In this document: piece after piece, positions 55,335-63,306 of the stretch
Layout of the letters: every line of letters starts with the position of its first letter
Numbering within the stretch: position 1 is the stretch's first letter
IMG/VR virus record: IMGVR_UViG_3300013102_000006
Coordinates: 19,869 to 83,868 of that record
DNA: 64,000 nucleotides
Direction: 5' to 3' (one strand)
Source of the DNA: a virus
Taxonomy: Duplodnaviria; Heunggongvirae; Uroviricota; Caudoviricetes
Position numbers and translations under genes: made by a program
Notes under the pieces: generated by a model
What the model was told of the DNA's origin: nothing
Seen by the model: the letters and a program-made list of their open reading frames with translations, nothing else
The model's database searches: none

Positions 55335-55547
55335 TCAACCCACTTCGATTATCTCAATCTAGAGAGGGAGATAATCTATAATTAGTATATATAATACTTA
55401 TGCTATGGTCAATACTTTTAGCAACCTGTATTTTGCTTTCACTCTATCTTTAGAGTTTCCTGTGCGTTTATGCGGCTTACACAATCCACATGATCGATTC
55501 GCCTTATAGTTAAGCTTTCTCTTGTAATTACTCATTGTCAATATATT

Positions 55548-55624
55548 TGGTCGTCCTGGACGGATTCGAACCGACGAATACTGCCGTGAAAGGGCAGCGC
55601 CTTAAGCCACTTGGCGACAGGACG
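55548..55624 (-). tRNA. tRNA-Glu(UUC)
   Basis: Acceptor CGTCCTG/CAGGACG, GGATTCGAACC T-arm, anticodon loop CUUUCAC. Confidence 0.55.
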
Positions 55625-55628
55625 ATAT

Positions 55629-55705
55629 TGGTGGGCTTGGAAGGTCTCGAACCTTCGACACCCTGCTTAAGAGGCAGGTGCTCTAACCAACTGAGCTACA
55701 AACCC
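55629..55705 (-). tRNA. tRNA-Lys(CUU)
   Basis: GAAGG-TCTCGAA-CCTTC T-arm, anticodon loop CUCUUAA. Confidence 0.55.
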
Positions 55706-55713
55706 TTGATTTG

Positions 55714-55743
55714 TTGACAATCTGCATTTATAATATATACATA
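55714..55743 (+). promoter_or_regulatory. Putative SigA-type promoter (plus strand) for the small gene inside the tRNA cluster
   Basis: tgTTGACAa at 55712-20 (same extended -35 as the minus-strand family), A/T-rich -10 region (TATAAT/TACATA, spacing ambiguous), then the strong RBS AGGGGGA before the ATG at 55763. Confidence 0.4.
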
Positions 55744-55762
55744 AGCACCATAGGGGGATAAT

Positions 55763-56008
55763 ATGGATAAAGACGCGGTTACACGTCACTATTTTGAAGT
55801 ACGTGGATGTAAGATTAAACGTACCTATACTAAACGTAAAGAAGCAAAAGAAGCTGCTAGAACCATGAATCGTATAAATGATTCTGGAAGAGTGCGAGTT
55901 TACTCATGCGAATTCTGTGGTCATTACCATATTGGCCATATGCGTATACCTTATGAAGATCGTAAAGAAAATGAACGGATTGCTAATATTTTAAAGAACG
56001 CTACTTAG
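55763..56008 (+). CDS. Small zinc-finger protein encoded antisense-embedded in the tRNA cluster
   Basis: 81 aa; strong RBS; CEFCGHYHIGH zinc-binding motif; basic (KRTYTKRKEAKEAAR). Confidence 0.5.
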   Translation: MDKDAVTRHYFEVRGCKIKRTYTKRKEAKEAARTMNRINDSGRVRVYSCEFCGHYHIGHMRIPYEDRKENERIANILKNAT

Positions 56009-56010
56009 TT

Positions 56011-56087
56011 TGGTGGAGCATGTCGGATTCGAACCGACGACTTTCAACTTGCAAAGCTGACACTCTGACCAACTGAGTTAATGCCCC
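56011..56087 (-). tRNA. tRNA-Ala(UGC)
   Basis: GTCGG-ATTCGAA-CCGAC T-arm, D-arm ACTC-AGTTGGTCA-GAGT, anticodon loop UUUGCAA. Confidence 0.6.
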
Positions 56088-56095
56088 ATATTTAT

Positions 56096-56172
56096 TGGTA
56101 CGCCCATTAGGATTCGAACCTAAATCCATCAAGTTAGAAGCCTGATACTCTATCCAATTGAGCTATAGACGC
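56096..56172 (-). tRNA. tRNA-Arg(UCU)
   Basis: TTAGG-ATTCGAA-CCTAA T-arm, anticodon loop CUUCUAA. Confidence 0.55.
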
Positions 56173-56184
56173 ATAGTCTTATTT

Positions 56185-56261
56185 TGGTCACACATCAGAG
56201 ATTCGAACTCTGACCCTTTGCTTGGAAGGCAAACATGCTAGCCATTAAACACCAATGTGTG
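56185..56261 (-). tRNA. tRNA-Gly(UCC)
   Basis: Perfect acceptor CACACAT/ATGTGTG, CAGAG-ATTCGAA-CTCTG T-arm, anticodon loop CUUCCAA. Confidence 0.6.
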
Positions 56262-56363
56262 ATGGACGGTTTATGATTAAATCCTCATATTGCCGACAAA
56301 AAGGTGTGGTGAAGCGTGGAACTAAGCTCTACGCCCTATTTCAACCCGCATATAGCTAGGGTT

Positions 56364-56440
56364 TGGAGCCGCGTTTCGGATTCGAACCGAAGACCTGCTG
56401 TTTACAAAACAGCTGCTCTAACCAGCTGAGCTAACGCGGC
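56364..56440 (-). tRNA. tRNA-Thr(UGU)
   Basis: Perfect acceptor GCCGCGT/ACGCGGC, canonical D-arm GCTC-AGCTGGTTA-GAGC, anticodon loop UUUGUAA. Confidence 0.65.
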
Positions 56441-56454
56441 GTAAATTTATATAC

Positions 56455-56531
56455 TGGTACACCCTGTAGGACTCGAACCTACAAACCTTTACGTTCGAAG
56501 CGTAACGCTCTATCCAATTGAGCTAAGGGTG
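56455..56531 (-). tRNA. tRNA-Arg(UCG) (tentative)
   Basis: GTAGG-ACTCGAA-CCTAC T-arm, anticodon loop CUUCGAA; the 5' end overlaps the 3' end of the HNH ORF by about 22 nt. Confidence 0.5.
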
Positions 56532-56935
56532 CGTCTATTCTTAGTTCGTAATCTGTGACAGTTTGAACAAACTATATCGCATTTTTGAATCTCTTCAACC
56601 ACCTTATCAAAAGAATAAGAACCCTGATTGAACTGTGAAAGGTTCATAAGTTTCTTTTCCCCTGGGACATGATCAAAATCTATACAGACTGCATCATAAT
56701 ATATACCGCAGTCATGACACGGATTCTCTTCCTTTATCTGTGAAAGCATAGCATGTATAATACTGTCATAATCATGAGCCTTATCTATATAATATTTTCT
56801 ATTATTTTGATAATGATTATTGCTATACATCTTTTGACATGCATTACAGTAAGATTGTCTCCTACCTTTGCGTTTATTTCTCCAGTTGAAGTCTTCGAAG
56901 CTTTTCTCTATATTGCATTTTGTACATGTCTTCAT
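56510..56935 (-). CDS. HNH homing endonuclease inserted between tRNA genes
   Basis: The ORF track gives 56510..57052, but its first 39 codons overlap the tRNA at 56980-57066, so the likely start is Met40 (MKTCTKCN..., nt 56935). Zinc-finger N-terminus (CTKCN...CNAC) and HNH core DFDHVPGEKK...CSNCHRLRT. Confidence 0.55.
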   Translation of the reverse strand: MKTCTKCNIEKSFEDFNWRNKRKGRRQSYCNACQKMYSNNHYQNNRKYYIDKAHDYDSIIHAMLSQIKEENPCHDCGIYYDAVCIDFDHVPGEKKLMNLSQFNQGSYSFDKVVEEIQKCDIVCSNCHRLRTKNRRTLSSIG

Positions 56936-56979
56936 CTTACGATTATAGCACACAAAGTACTTCGAAGTTTTAAAGAGCT

Positions 56980-57066
56980 TGGTTGCACGGGTAGGATTCG
57001 AACCTACGTACCTTTTGGGGAAAGAGCTTATGAGACTCCCGAGAATGACCACTTCTCAACCGCGCA
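56980..57066 (-). tRNA. tRNA, 87 nt with a long variable arm and apparent CAU anticodon (atypical; Met/Ile2-like anticodon on a type-II body)
   Basis: GTAGG-ATTCGAA-CCTAC T-arm, acceptor TGCGCGG/CCGTGCA, 3-bp D stem, anticodon loop CUCAUAA, 15-nt variable region. Confidence 0.4.
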
Positions 57067-57158
57067 TTACCTGATAAATGCTCTACTCACAGACTTGGGA
57101 AGCCAACTCCTATTATCGTCACTGTGAAGCACACTGATAGATTATAGAACATTTAATT

Positions 57159-57235
57159 TGGTCGACGATGAGGGGCTCGAACCCCCGACCCTCTCGGTGT
57201 AAACGAGATGCTCTAGCCAACTGAGCTAATCGTCG
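57159..57235 (-). tRNA. tRNA-Val(UAC)
   Basis: Perfect acceptor CGACGAT/ATCGTCG, canonical D-arm GCTC-AGTTGGCTA-GAGC, anticodon loop UUUACAC. Confidence 0.6.
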
Positions 57236-57261
57236 ATATTTGGGTGTATTGTTGCTACTAA

Positions 57262-57340
57262 CGCAGCTAGTGGGATTTGAACCCACGGTCTGAGAGGTTA
57301 TGCCTCCCTGTTTTACTTTTAAACTATAGCACGTCACAAT
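57262..57340 (-). pseudogene. Degenerate tRNA-like element (canonical T-arm; no convincing acceptor or anticodon arm; no CCA)
   Basis: GTGGG-ATTTGAA-CCCAC T-arm, but the upstream sequence gives only a 5-nt 'anticodon' loop (GGAGG-CAUAA-CCUCU) and the acceptor strands do not pair. Confidence 0.3.
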
Positions 57341-57399
57341 ACACTTTTCTGGTATACCTTACTTGTAGACAAATCACGATTATATTTATCTACAAACTC

Positions 57400-57475
57400 T
57401 GGTCGGGGAGGAAGGAGTTGAACCTTCTACCAAAGTGTTATGAGCACTCTGCTCTAACCGATGAGCTACTCCCCG
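57400..57475 (-). tRNA. tRNA-Met(CAU) (initiator versus elongator versus Ile2 not resolved)
   Basis: Perfect acceptor CGGGGAG/CTCCCCG, GAAGG-AGTTGAA-CCTTC T-arm, anticodon loop CUCAUAA. Confidence 0.55.
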
Positions 57476-57514
57476 ATATATTTATTATAATCAAAGCATT
57501 AGCCCTTTGTCAAT

Positions 57515-57590
57515 TGGTCGGGAGGGCAGGATTTGAACCTGCGGCCAGCGATGTATCGGATCGCCACTCTAGCCACTGAGTTACCTCCCG
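57515..57590 (-). tRNA. tRNA-Ile(GAU) (tentative; C at position 33)
   Basis: Perfect acceptor CGGGAGG/CCTCCCG, GCAGG-ATTTGAA-CCTGC T-arm, anticodon stem GCGAT/ATCGC with loop CCGAUAC. Confidence 0.5.
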
Positions 57591-57598
57591 TAATTATT

Positions 57599-57673
57599 TG
57601 GTGGGCTGGGCGAGACTCGAACTCGCGACAATCTGGTTAAAAGCCAGTTACTCTACCATCTGAGCTACCAACC
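57599..57673 (-). tRNA. tRNA-Lys(UUU)
   Basis: GCGAG-ACTCGAA-CTCGC T-arm, D-arm GCTC-AGATGGTA-GAGT, anticodon loop CUUUUAA. Confidence 0.55.
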
Positions 57674-57690
57674 CATAAACAGTCGGTATT

Positions 57691-57712
57691 AAAAAAGGAG
57701 CTTGCTAGCTCC
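57691..57712 (-). terminator. Hairpin plus U-tract on the minus-strand RNA, 19 nt upstream of the first tRNA (terminator/insulator or processing signal)
   Basis: GGAGCT-tgct-AGCTCC perfect 6-bp hairpin; plus-strand AAAAAA gives UUUUUU after the hairpin on the minus RNA. Confidence 0.35.
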
Positions 57713-57941
57713 TACGGGTAGAAATATTGCTGCGTCTGTTATGAATTATAGATTGTGAAAGTACGTTTCGAAATGGCACCGCCCTTGGCGTCCGTTTTCA
57801 TGCGTTCAATTGTCACAACTGTGTTTTTCATAACTAATACTATTATAGCACACTACATCGACATAAATCAACTAAATGTATTTACAATAAAAATCAATAT
57901 GATACTATGAGCTAGTGATACGTAGAAAGTATAAAAAGTAC

Positions 57942-57970
57942 TTGCGTTTTTCAGAATTAGTATTTACAAT
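57942..57970 (+). promoter_or_regulatory. SigA-type promoter (plus strand): -35 TTGCGT, 17-nt spacer, -10 TACAAT
   Basis: ttgcgt 57942-47 ... tacaat 57965-70; RBS AAAGGAACAAGGA before the ATG at 58009. Confidence 0.45.
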
Positions 57971-58008
57971 GAAAATGTAAAGCAAGAGCAGTAAGAAAGG
58001 AACAAGGA

Positions 58009-58236
58009 ATGACGACTGCGCAAAAGATACGCAAAGCAAGGGAGCTTGTCCAGAATGAAGAAGATGGAAGCATCTACCTGCAGAGCGTATGCACAGTGAA
58101 AGAGCTGAAGGAGGCTTTGGCAAAAACTAAGAGTAAAGAAGCCAAAGAAACAATCCAAGACGCAATCACTATTAGGGAATACAACAATTTAATGAAGAGG
58201 AAAGAGTCAAATGTTGCGCTACAAACAAATCTTTAG
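58009..58236 (+). CDS. Hypothetical protein
   Basis: 75 aa, first gene of the plus-strand operon. Confidence 0.35.
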   Translation: MTTAQKIRKARELVQNEEDGSIYLQSVCTVKELKEALAKTKSKEAKETIQDAITIREYNNLMKRKESNVALQTNL

Positions 58237-58405
58237 TAATTTAATTGGTATCAACAAGTCGCCATCGAATAAAGATAAGATTCTCGCACTTGAGAATGAT
58301 GGCATGATTGATATGATGCATCACCAGTTCAAACGGTACTCATCTATAACACATTTCACAAAGCCTCACCTTGTCTGGGTAAGCTGGTTGCAAAGGTAGA
58401 TAGAC

Positions 58406-58690
58406 ATGGTGGGCGAGAATAGGGGAAGTAGGGGTAAAACGTACGCTGACTATCTAAGACAGGGTACAAAGGTTAATAAGGCATATATTATGCCAAAAGG
58501 CGCAAGGCCTCCTCAACGTAAATCAGTATTCGGTGGTTTCGAGGATGAGCCCGTTACGCCTAGTTATAAATCAAAGACGATTGAACAGCATATCAAATTA
58601 GCTGAATATCGCGAAAGGATGCTTAATAAAGATATAAGAAGGGAAGTGCTGCGTGAGATACAACGTGATAGCGGATTGGCTGAAACGTGA
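58406..58690 (+). CDS. Hypothetical protein
   Basis: 94 aa ORF. Confidence 0.3.
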   Translation: MVGENRGSRGKTYADYLRQGTKVNKAYIMPKGARPPQRKSVFGGFEDEPVTPSYKSKTIEQHIKLAEYRERMLNKDIRREVLREIQRDSGLAET

Positions 58691-58982
58691 TATGATTAGC
58701 GACTCGATGCTTATAGAATCAAACCTAACTAATGAAGAACTTCAGTTTCTTACTGAGCATACGTTAAGCCAGATTCAAAGGGATGACCCTAAGCTACTAC
58801 GAGAGTTATTCGAAGCAAAATAATATACAGAGAAGCGGGGGTTATATGTCTCAGGATGATGGGGTTATTGTTGATACAGCTGACGGCGAGATGGAAATCT
58901 CTACCAATGAGTGTTATGACTGACGCTTGAATTTTTCGTAATAATTATTTATAATTAAAACATAAGCATTTAGGAGGGATAA

Positions 58983-59426
58983 ATGACTGATACGAAGAAA
59001 ATCATTAAAGATATAGAGGTAGACTCTATCAAGCTTGCCAAGAAGGAAGCAAAACTTTTAAGGCTACAGGAAGAACTTAATGCTAACCCGTCATACAAGA
59101 AGTTCATGGAATTGAAGAGCAGTTTCGATTCCCAATATGCGCTGTTTAGGGAAACAGTCACTAGCGAGATGAAGCGGCTCAAAGAACAGTTTGGCGTCGC
59201 CACAATTGAGGGTGAGTTTGGTAAAATCACATATGTACAACCTAAATCAAAGATTGTAGTGGTTGATGAAGATGAGGTTCCAGATGACATGAAAAGTCTC
59301 ACTCCAGATCTCACGGCTATTAGTAATGCATACGAGCTTCTTAATGTACTACCTCCAGGAGTTGAATTGAAGGCTTCAAAACCATACGTAAAGATTACAA
59401 GTTCAACTACTAAGGAGAAGAAATAA
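58983..59426 (+). CDS. Hypothetical coiled-coil protein
   Basis: 147 aa; RBS AGGAGGGA; ATG overlaps the previous gene's stop region. Confidence 0.35.
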   Translation: MTDTKKIIKDIEVDSIKLAKKEAKLLRLQEELNANPSYKKFMELKSSFDSQYALFRETVTSEMKRLKEQFGVATIEGEFGKITYVQPKSKIVVVDEDEVPDDMKSLTPDLTAISNAYELLNVLPPGVELKASKPYVKITSSTTKEKK

Positions 59427-59977
59427 TGTCAAAAGACTCTCACAAAACCCTACTCAGCCAGCTTAAGGACCCATTTGACCCAAAGCTTGTTAAATGGACG
59501 ACCAAGGGTGGTAAGTCTCCTAACCCATTAGCATACATTGATGCTCGGGACGTTATGAAGCGTCTAGACGATGTTATGGGAGTTGGCAATTACCAGACGA
59601 AGTACGTACCAGTTGATGGTGGATTCATTTGCGAATTATCACTGCTTATTGACGGTAACTGGATTACTCGTTCTGATGGTGCCAGCAACACTAAGATTGA
59701 GCCAGTTAAGGGCGGCATTTCTGATGCACTCAAGCGTGCAGCAAATGCTTGGGGTATCGGACGATATCTATACTACATGCCAAAATGGGCTAATGGTGAT
59801 AACGTTCATCAGTGGCCTAAATGGGCTCTTCCTAATAATGATTTAGAGAACTGGGAAGACATAGCTGAGCTTGAGGCAGATGCAGAAAGCGGCATGGACA
59901 ACTATCAATATGACGAAGCTGATCAGACAAGCGAATCAAAGAAAGCTGCAATCGTTGCGGCTAACAAGAAAAAATAA
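59426..59977 (+). CDS. Rad52/Sak-family single-strand annealing protein
   Basis: 183 aa; ...GGISDALKRAANAWGIGRYLYYMP is the Rad52/22 signature (GIGRYLY); RBS AAGGAGAAGAAATA. Confidence 0.6.
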   Translation: MSKDSHKTLLSQLKDPFDPKLVKWTTKGGKSPNPLAYIDARDVMKRLDDVMGVGNYQTKYVPVDGGFICELSLLIDGNWITRSDGASNTKIEPVKGGISDALKRAANAWGIGRYLYYMPKWANGDNVHQWPKWALPNNDLENWEDIAELEADAESGMDNYQYDEADQTSESKKAAIVAANKKK

Positions 59978-60522
59978 TGTCTGTATCCTACTACGACGAT
60001 ATTGAACAGGGAACAGAGGAGTGGAAAGACCGCAGGGACTTACACCTCACTGGAACTGACGCTAAAACCCTGATTAAGGGAATTGCCGTAGAGGAGATTC
60101 TTAAACAAAAGAAGAAGGCTCGGTCATTCACTGGAAACAGCGCGACCGAAAGAGGGCATAGGCTTGAACCTGAGGCGATAGAGCTTCTTGAAGCTATCAA
60201 GGATGTATCTGTACACCATACTGGGTTTATAACCAATGATAAATATCCTATCGTTGGTTATAGCCCAGATGGGCTGATAGGTGATGATGCACTCGTTGAG
60301 TGTAAGGCCTTTGCTAAAGATAGGCACCTGGAAAATAGCAAACATATAGAAGTTGCAATCATGGCTCAGATACAATGGGGGTTATTTGTGTCTGAGCGCT
60401 CATGGGCGTATTTGGTTCTATATAATCCAGACTTAGACCCAGAAAAAGCTATTTTCATTATAAAAGTTGAACGTAATGAGTTGCTGATGAAACGATTTGA
60501 GTCGTTAATCAACAGGAGATAG
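59977..60522 (+). CDS. YqaJ-like (lambda-exonuclease fold, PD-(D/E)xK) recombination exonuclease
   Basis: 181 aa; N-terminal QGTEEW...R..HLTGTDAKT and SPDGLIGDDALVECKAF (D...ExK); paired with the annealing protein. Confidence 0.55.
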   Translation: MSVSYYDDIEQGTEEWKDRRDLHLTGTDAKTLIKGIAVEEILKQKKKARSFTGNSATERGHRLEPEAIELLEAIKDVSVHHTGFITNDKYPIVGYSPDGLIGDDALVECKAFAKDRHLENSKHIEVAIMAQIQWGLFVSERSWAYLVLYNPDLDPEKAIFIIKVERNELLMKRFESLINRR

Positions 60523-60525
60523 TTT

Positions 60526-61080
60526 ATGGTAACTAAAAATGAAGAAAAGGAAAATCTATATGAGTCTAGCGACTCTGACATCAAATTTGAAGGAACTCCC
60601 ATACCGAATAACGGTGATGGACGCGGTCGCAGCTTTAGGGGTAGCATTTGGGCTCTTCCTCCTGATGGATTCAGTATTTACCGACGGACGATTAACGATA
60701 AACTTTCTGATGTGGTTTATAGGGTACTAGGATTTTTCAAGAAAGGTATTGACTTTTTGCGACTTTTCGTTTACAATCTTTATCATAACCATAAGCGTTA
60801 TGAAAGGAAAAGTAACATGAGCAAAAAAGATATCAAGTCTGCAGAAGACACCAATAATAAATCAAGCCGCATGGCATTCGACTGGTCATCAGTTGGCCGT
60901 GGTATAATGGGATTAGGACGTTTACTGCTGGTTTTGTCAATTGCAATGTCATCATACATTGTGTTGAAAGAACACCGCGGTGACATCGTTCCAGTATTGA
61001 TTATTGTGCCAATGACATTCTATGCATTTATCATTCTTGCAATGGTATTTGCAAAATCCACTAGAAAGGGAGAACAATAG
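60526..61080 (+). CDS. Hypothetical membrane protein
   Basis: 184 aa, two C-terminal TM helices. Confidence 0.35.
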   Translation: MVTKNEEKENLYESSDSDIKFEGTPIPNNGDGRGRSFRGSIWALPPDGFSIYRRTINDKLSDVVYRVLGFFKKGIDFLRLFVYNLYHNHKRYERKSNMSKKDIKSAEDTNNKSSRMAFDWSSVGRGIMGLGRLLLVLSIAMSSYIVLKEHRGDIVPVLIIVPMTFYAFIILAMVFAKSTRKGEQ

Positions 61081-61135
61081 CCCTCTCAACAGTTATTAGT
61101 AGATAGAAATATCAAACCTAATCTGGGGCTGGCTA

Positions 61136-61705
61136 ATGAGTAATAAACTCGTAAACTTCCTATCAGCTGTAATTGCATTAGCATTCACTGCTATAGGAAC
61201 AAACTATATCTTACAAGATAATAGTAGCGAATTAAGAATCATTGATAGCAAAACTAAGAAGCTAGATTCTAAATACGGAACACTTAGTAAGATAGAGACT
61301 AAATCTAATATAGAGAATGTCTCAAACGAAGTCGTCAGTGCTCCTGTGGGCGCCTACACGGCCAAGGTTAATAGTGTCAGTAGCAATAGTTCAATAACTG
61401 GTAATAAACAACAGTGGCTCTCAGAATCTGGAATACCAGAATCAGATTGGCAATATGTTGATTATATCATTACCAGGGAGTCACATTGGGATCCTTGTGC
61501 ATACAATCCAGGACAATCTGACTGCTCAGCAAATCCTACGACGGCTTGCGGGCTAGCTCAATCGCTACCTTGTGGCAAACAAAGTAAATATGGTAACTGG
61601 AATGACCCAGTAGCAAACCTTAAGTGGCAGTATGACTACGTTAGGGGCGCATATGGCGGATATGCTCAAGCATACGCTTACTGGCAAGTTCATGGTAATT
61701 ATTAG
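61136..61705 (+). CDS. Secreted lysozyme-like / lytic-transglycosylase-like protein
   Basis: 189 aa; signal peptide MSNKLVNFLSAVIALAFTAIGTNY; C-terminal IITRESHWDP...ACGLAQ resembles the SLT (E-S...GLxQ) catalytic region. Confidence 0.45.
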   Translation: MSNKLVNFLSAVIALAFTAIGTNYILQDNSSELRIIDSKTKKLDSKYGTLSKIETKSNIENVSNEVVSAPVGAYTAKVNSVSSNSSITGNKQQWLSESGIPESDWQYVDYIITRESHWDPCAYNPGQSDCSANPTTACGLAQSLPCGKQSKYGNWNDPVANLKWQYDYVRGAYGGYAQAYAYWQVHGNY

Positions 61706-61750
61706 ACATCCTAACTATTGTTAGGGTGTCTTTTCTTTTAGGAGGATAAT

Positions 61751-62479
61751 ATGAATATTAGAAGAAGTGCGAAGAAGATTAAACAGCGTTTTAGACCCTT
61801 GCGGTCGGCAAAAATAATACTACGCAAGAAGAAAAACCAACGTCGACTACTGTTCGGGATTGGCGTTGTTACGATTATCATTCTACTAGCGTTTCTCGTG
61901 CAGGGGATAAATAAACAGAACTCCCTTAGGCAAGAAATACTCAAGAACCAAACCGAGCTCAAAAACACTCAAAAACAGATTGTGGAGCTAAAAAATGATG
62001 TCAACAAAAAGCAAAAAGCACTTGAGGCGAATGATAAAACAATTAAAGAAAACGCAGAAAAGCAGAGCGAGCTTGAAAAGAAAATTGATGAGCTTAATAA
62101 ACAAATAACTAATCTTAAGTCAGCCTATGGTGGGTATGGTGGAGCGGAATCGGTAGGAAGCACGACATATACTGCTGGTAATAGCTACACTCCTGGTAAC
62201 TGTACATGGGGTGTAAAGAACTGGAGACCAAGTGTACCTAACTTCTGGGGGAATGCTAACCAATGGGATGATAGCGCTCGAGCGTCTGGTATCGCAGTAG
62301 ACTCTAACCCAGTAATCGGAGCAGTAGCTCAGACTGATGCTGGATGGGCTGGACATGTCGCACTCGTTATAGCTGTGTCTGGAAGCGATGTAACCATCAA
62401 AGAAATGAACTATGGCGGTCTATACAACGTCAACGAACGAACTGTGGACTCAAGCGAATTCGTTTATATACACGTATAA
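61751..62479 (+). CDS. PcsB-like peptidoglycan hydrolase: N-terminal TM/signal anchor, coiled coil, C-terminal CHAP domain
   Basis: 242 aa; strong RBS TAGGAGGATAAT; TM helix LLFGIGVVTIIILLAFLV; long coiled coil; CHAP Cys/His GNCTWGVKNWRP ... WAGHVALVIAV. Confidence 0.6.
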   Translation: MNIRRSAKKIKQRFRPLRSAKIILRKKKNQRRLLFGIGVVTIIILLAFLVQGINKQNSLRQEILKNQTELKNTQKQIVELKNDVNKKQKALEANDKTIKENAEKQSELEKKIDELNKQITNLKSAYGGYGGAESVGSTTYTAGNSYTPGNCTWGVKNWRPSVPNFWGNANQWDDSARASGIAVDSNPVIGAVAQTDAGWAGHVALVIAVSGSDVTIKEMNYGGLYNVNERTVDSSEFVYIHV

Positions 62480-62573
62480 GCCTCTGTATGGCGCTTTAGC
62501 ACTAGAGTAATAAAAATATAGCCTCCTGGGGGTGAGGAGGCTATATTAGTGCTTAAAAGGGCTTAGGAGGCAT

Positions 62574-62810
62574 TTACAAGGCGTTCATTAGCGCCTTAGA
62601 GTCCCATCCTACACAAATTAGCTCTTCTTTTCCGTCAATTGTCTTTGTGACTACAGGAACGGTTGTTTTACCGCTCATTTCAAATATACGATCACGCACT
62701 TCGGGGTGCTCATCTAGATTGACTTCATCATAAGATTGCCCTTTAAGCGCAAAAAACTTTTTCACCATTTTGCAATATGCACAGGTAGTGGTCGAATATA
62801 CTTTAAACAT
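62574..62810 (-). CDS. Glutaredoxin / NrdH-like redoxin
   Basis: 78 aa; N-terminal MFKVYSTTTCAYCKMVKKF (CxxC) and TVPVV motif. Confidence 0.55.
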   Translation of the reverse strand: MFKVYSTTTCAYCKMVKKFFALKGQSYDEVNLDEHPEVRDRIFEMSGKTTVPVVTKTIDGKEELICVGWDSKALMNAL

Positions 62811-63076
62811 TACTGTATCTTTTTTCGCGTGAACAGATTTATGACTGCTAACAAAACTGCTGAACCAAGAATGGCTACTAGGAACGAGCTGAAGTTGAAA
62901 GTCGACAGGTCTGCCTTTATACCCAATAATGGTGCGAACAGCCAGTTTGAGATACTGGCACCTAGAACACCTACGATGATATTCCAGAATATGCCCATCT
63001 GTTCATTTTTATTTACAATAACGCTCGCTACCCAGCCTACTAGGCCGCCAACGATTAGAACTATCAATAGTTGCAT
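62810..63076 (-). CDS. GlsB/YeaQ/YmgE-family small membrane protein
   Basis: 88 aa; three TM segments with Gly-zipper-like LIVGGLVGWVASVIV, IIVGVLGASISNWL. Confidence 0.45.
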   Translation of the reverse strand: MQLLIVLIVGGLVGWVASVIVNKNEQMGIFWNIIVGVLGASISNWLFAPLLGIKADLSTFNFSSFLVAILGSAVLLAVINLFTRKKIQ

Positions 63077-63098
63077 TTAGTTCTCCTTTGATTAATTT

Positions 63099-63305
63099 TT
63101 AGAATGGGAGAATTCCCTGTGAGGAACTTGTCTTGTCCTCGTGAATGGCCTTGTCTATAGCTCTAAGTATGTACAATATAGGCACACCGTATGCGCCTGC
63201 CAGTGATGGGTCGTTTGTGATAGCCAATATGAGAGCTCCTGGGAGGGAGAATATTGCTAGACGAGCTATTTCTTTTACTAATGCAGTTATAGATGGTTTG
63301 TCCAT
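63099..63305 (-). CDS. Hypothetical small membrane protein
   Basis: 68 aa. Confidence 0.3.
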   Translation of the reverse strand: MDKPSITALVKEIARLAIFSLPGALILAITNDPSLAGAYGVPILYILRAIDKAIHEDKTSSSQGILPF

Positions 63306-63306
63306 A

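Noticed and set aside
53425-57673. tRNA cluster as a prophage attachment site / integrated element boundary
   Set aside because: No integrase, excisionase or direct repeat flanks were found, and phage-type genes continue on both sides.
53400-57700. Periodic repeats of GGATTCGAACC-like sequences that could be mistaken for a CRISPR array
   Set aside because: The repeats are tRNA T-arms embedded in 74-89-nt cloverleaf units with variable spacing, with no identical direct repeats or spacers.
57905-58158. Minus-strand ORFs 57905..58123 and 57964..58158
   Set aside because: They overlap each other and the promoter/RBS/5' end of the plus-strand gene at 58009; low-complexity Leu/Phe-rich translations.
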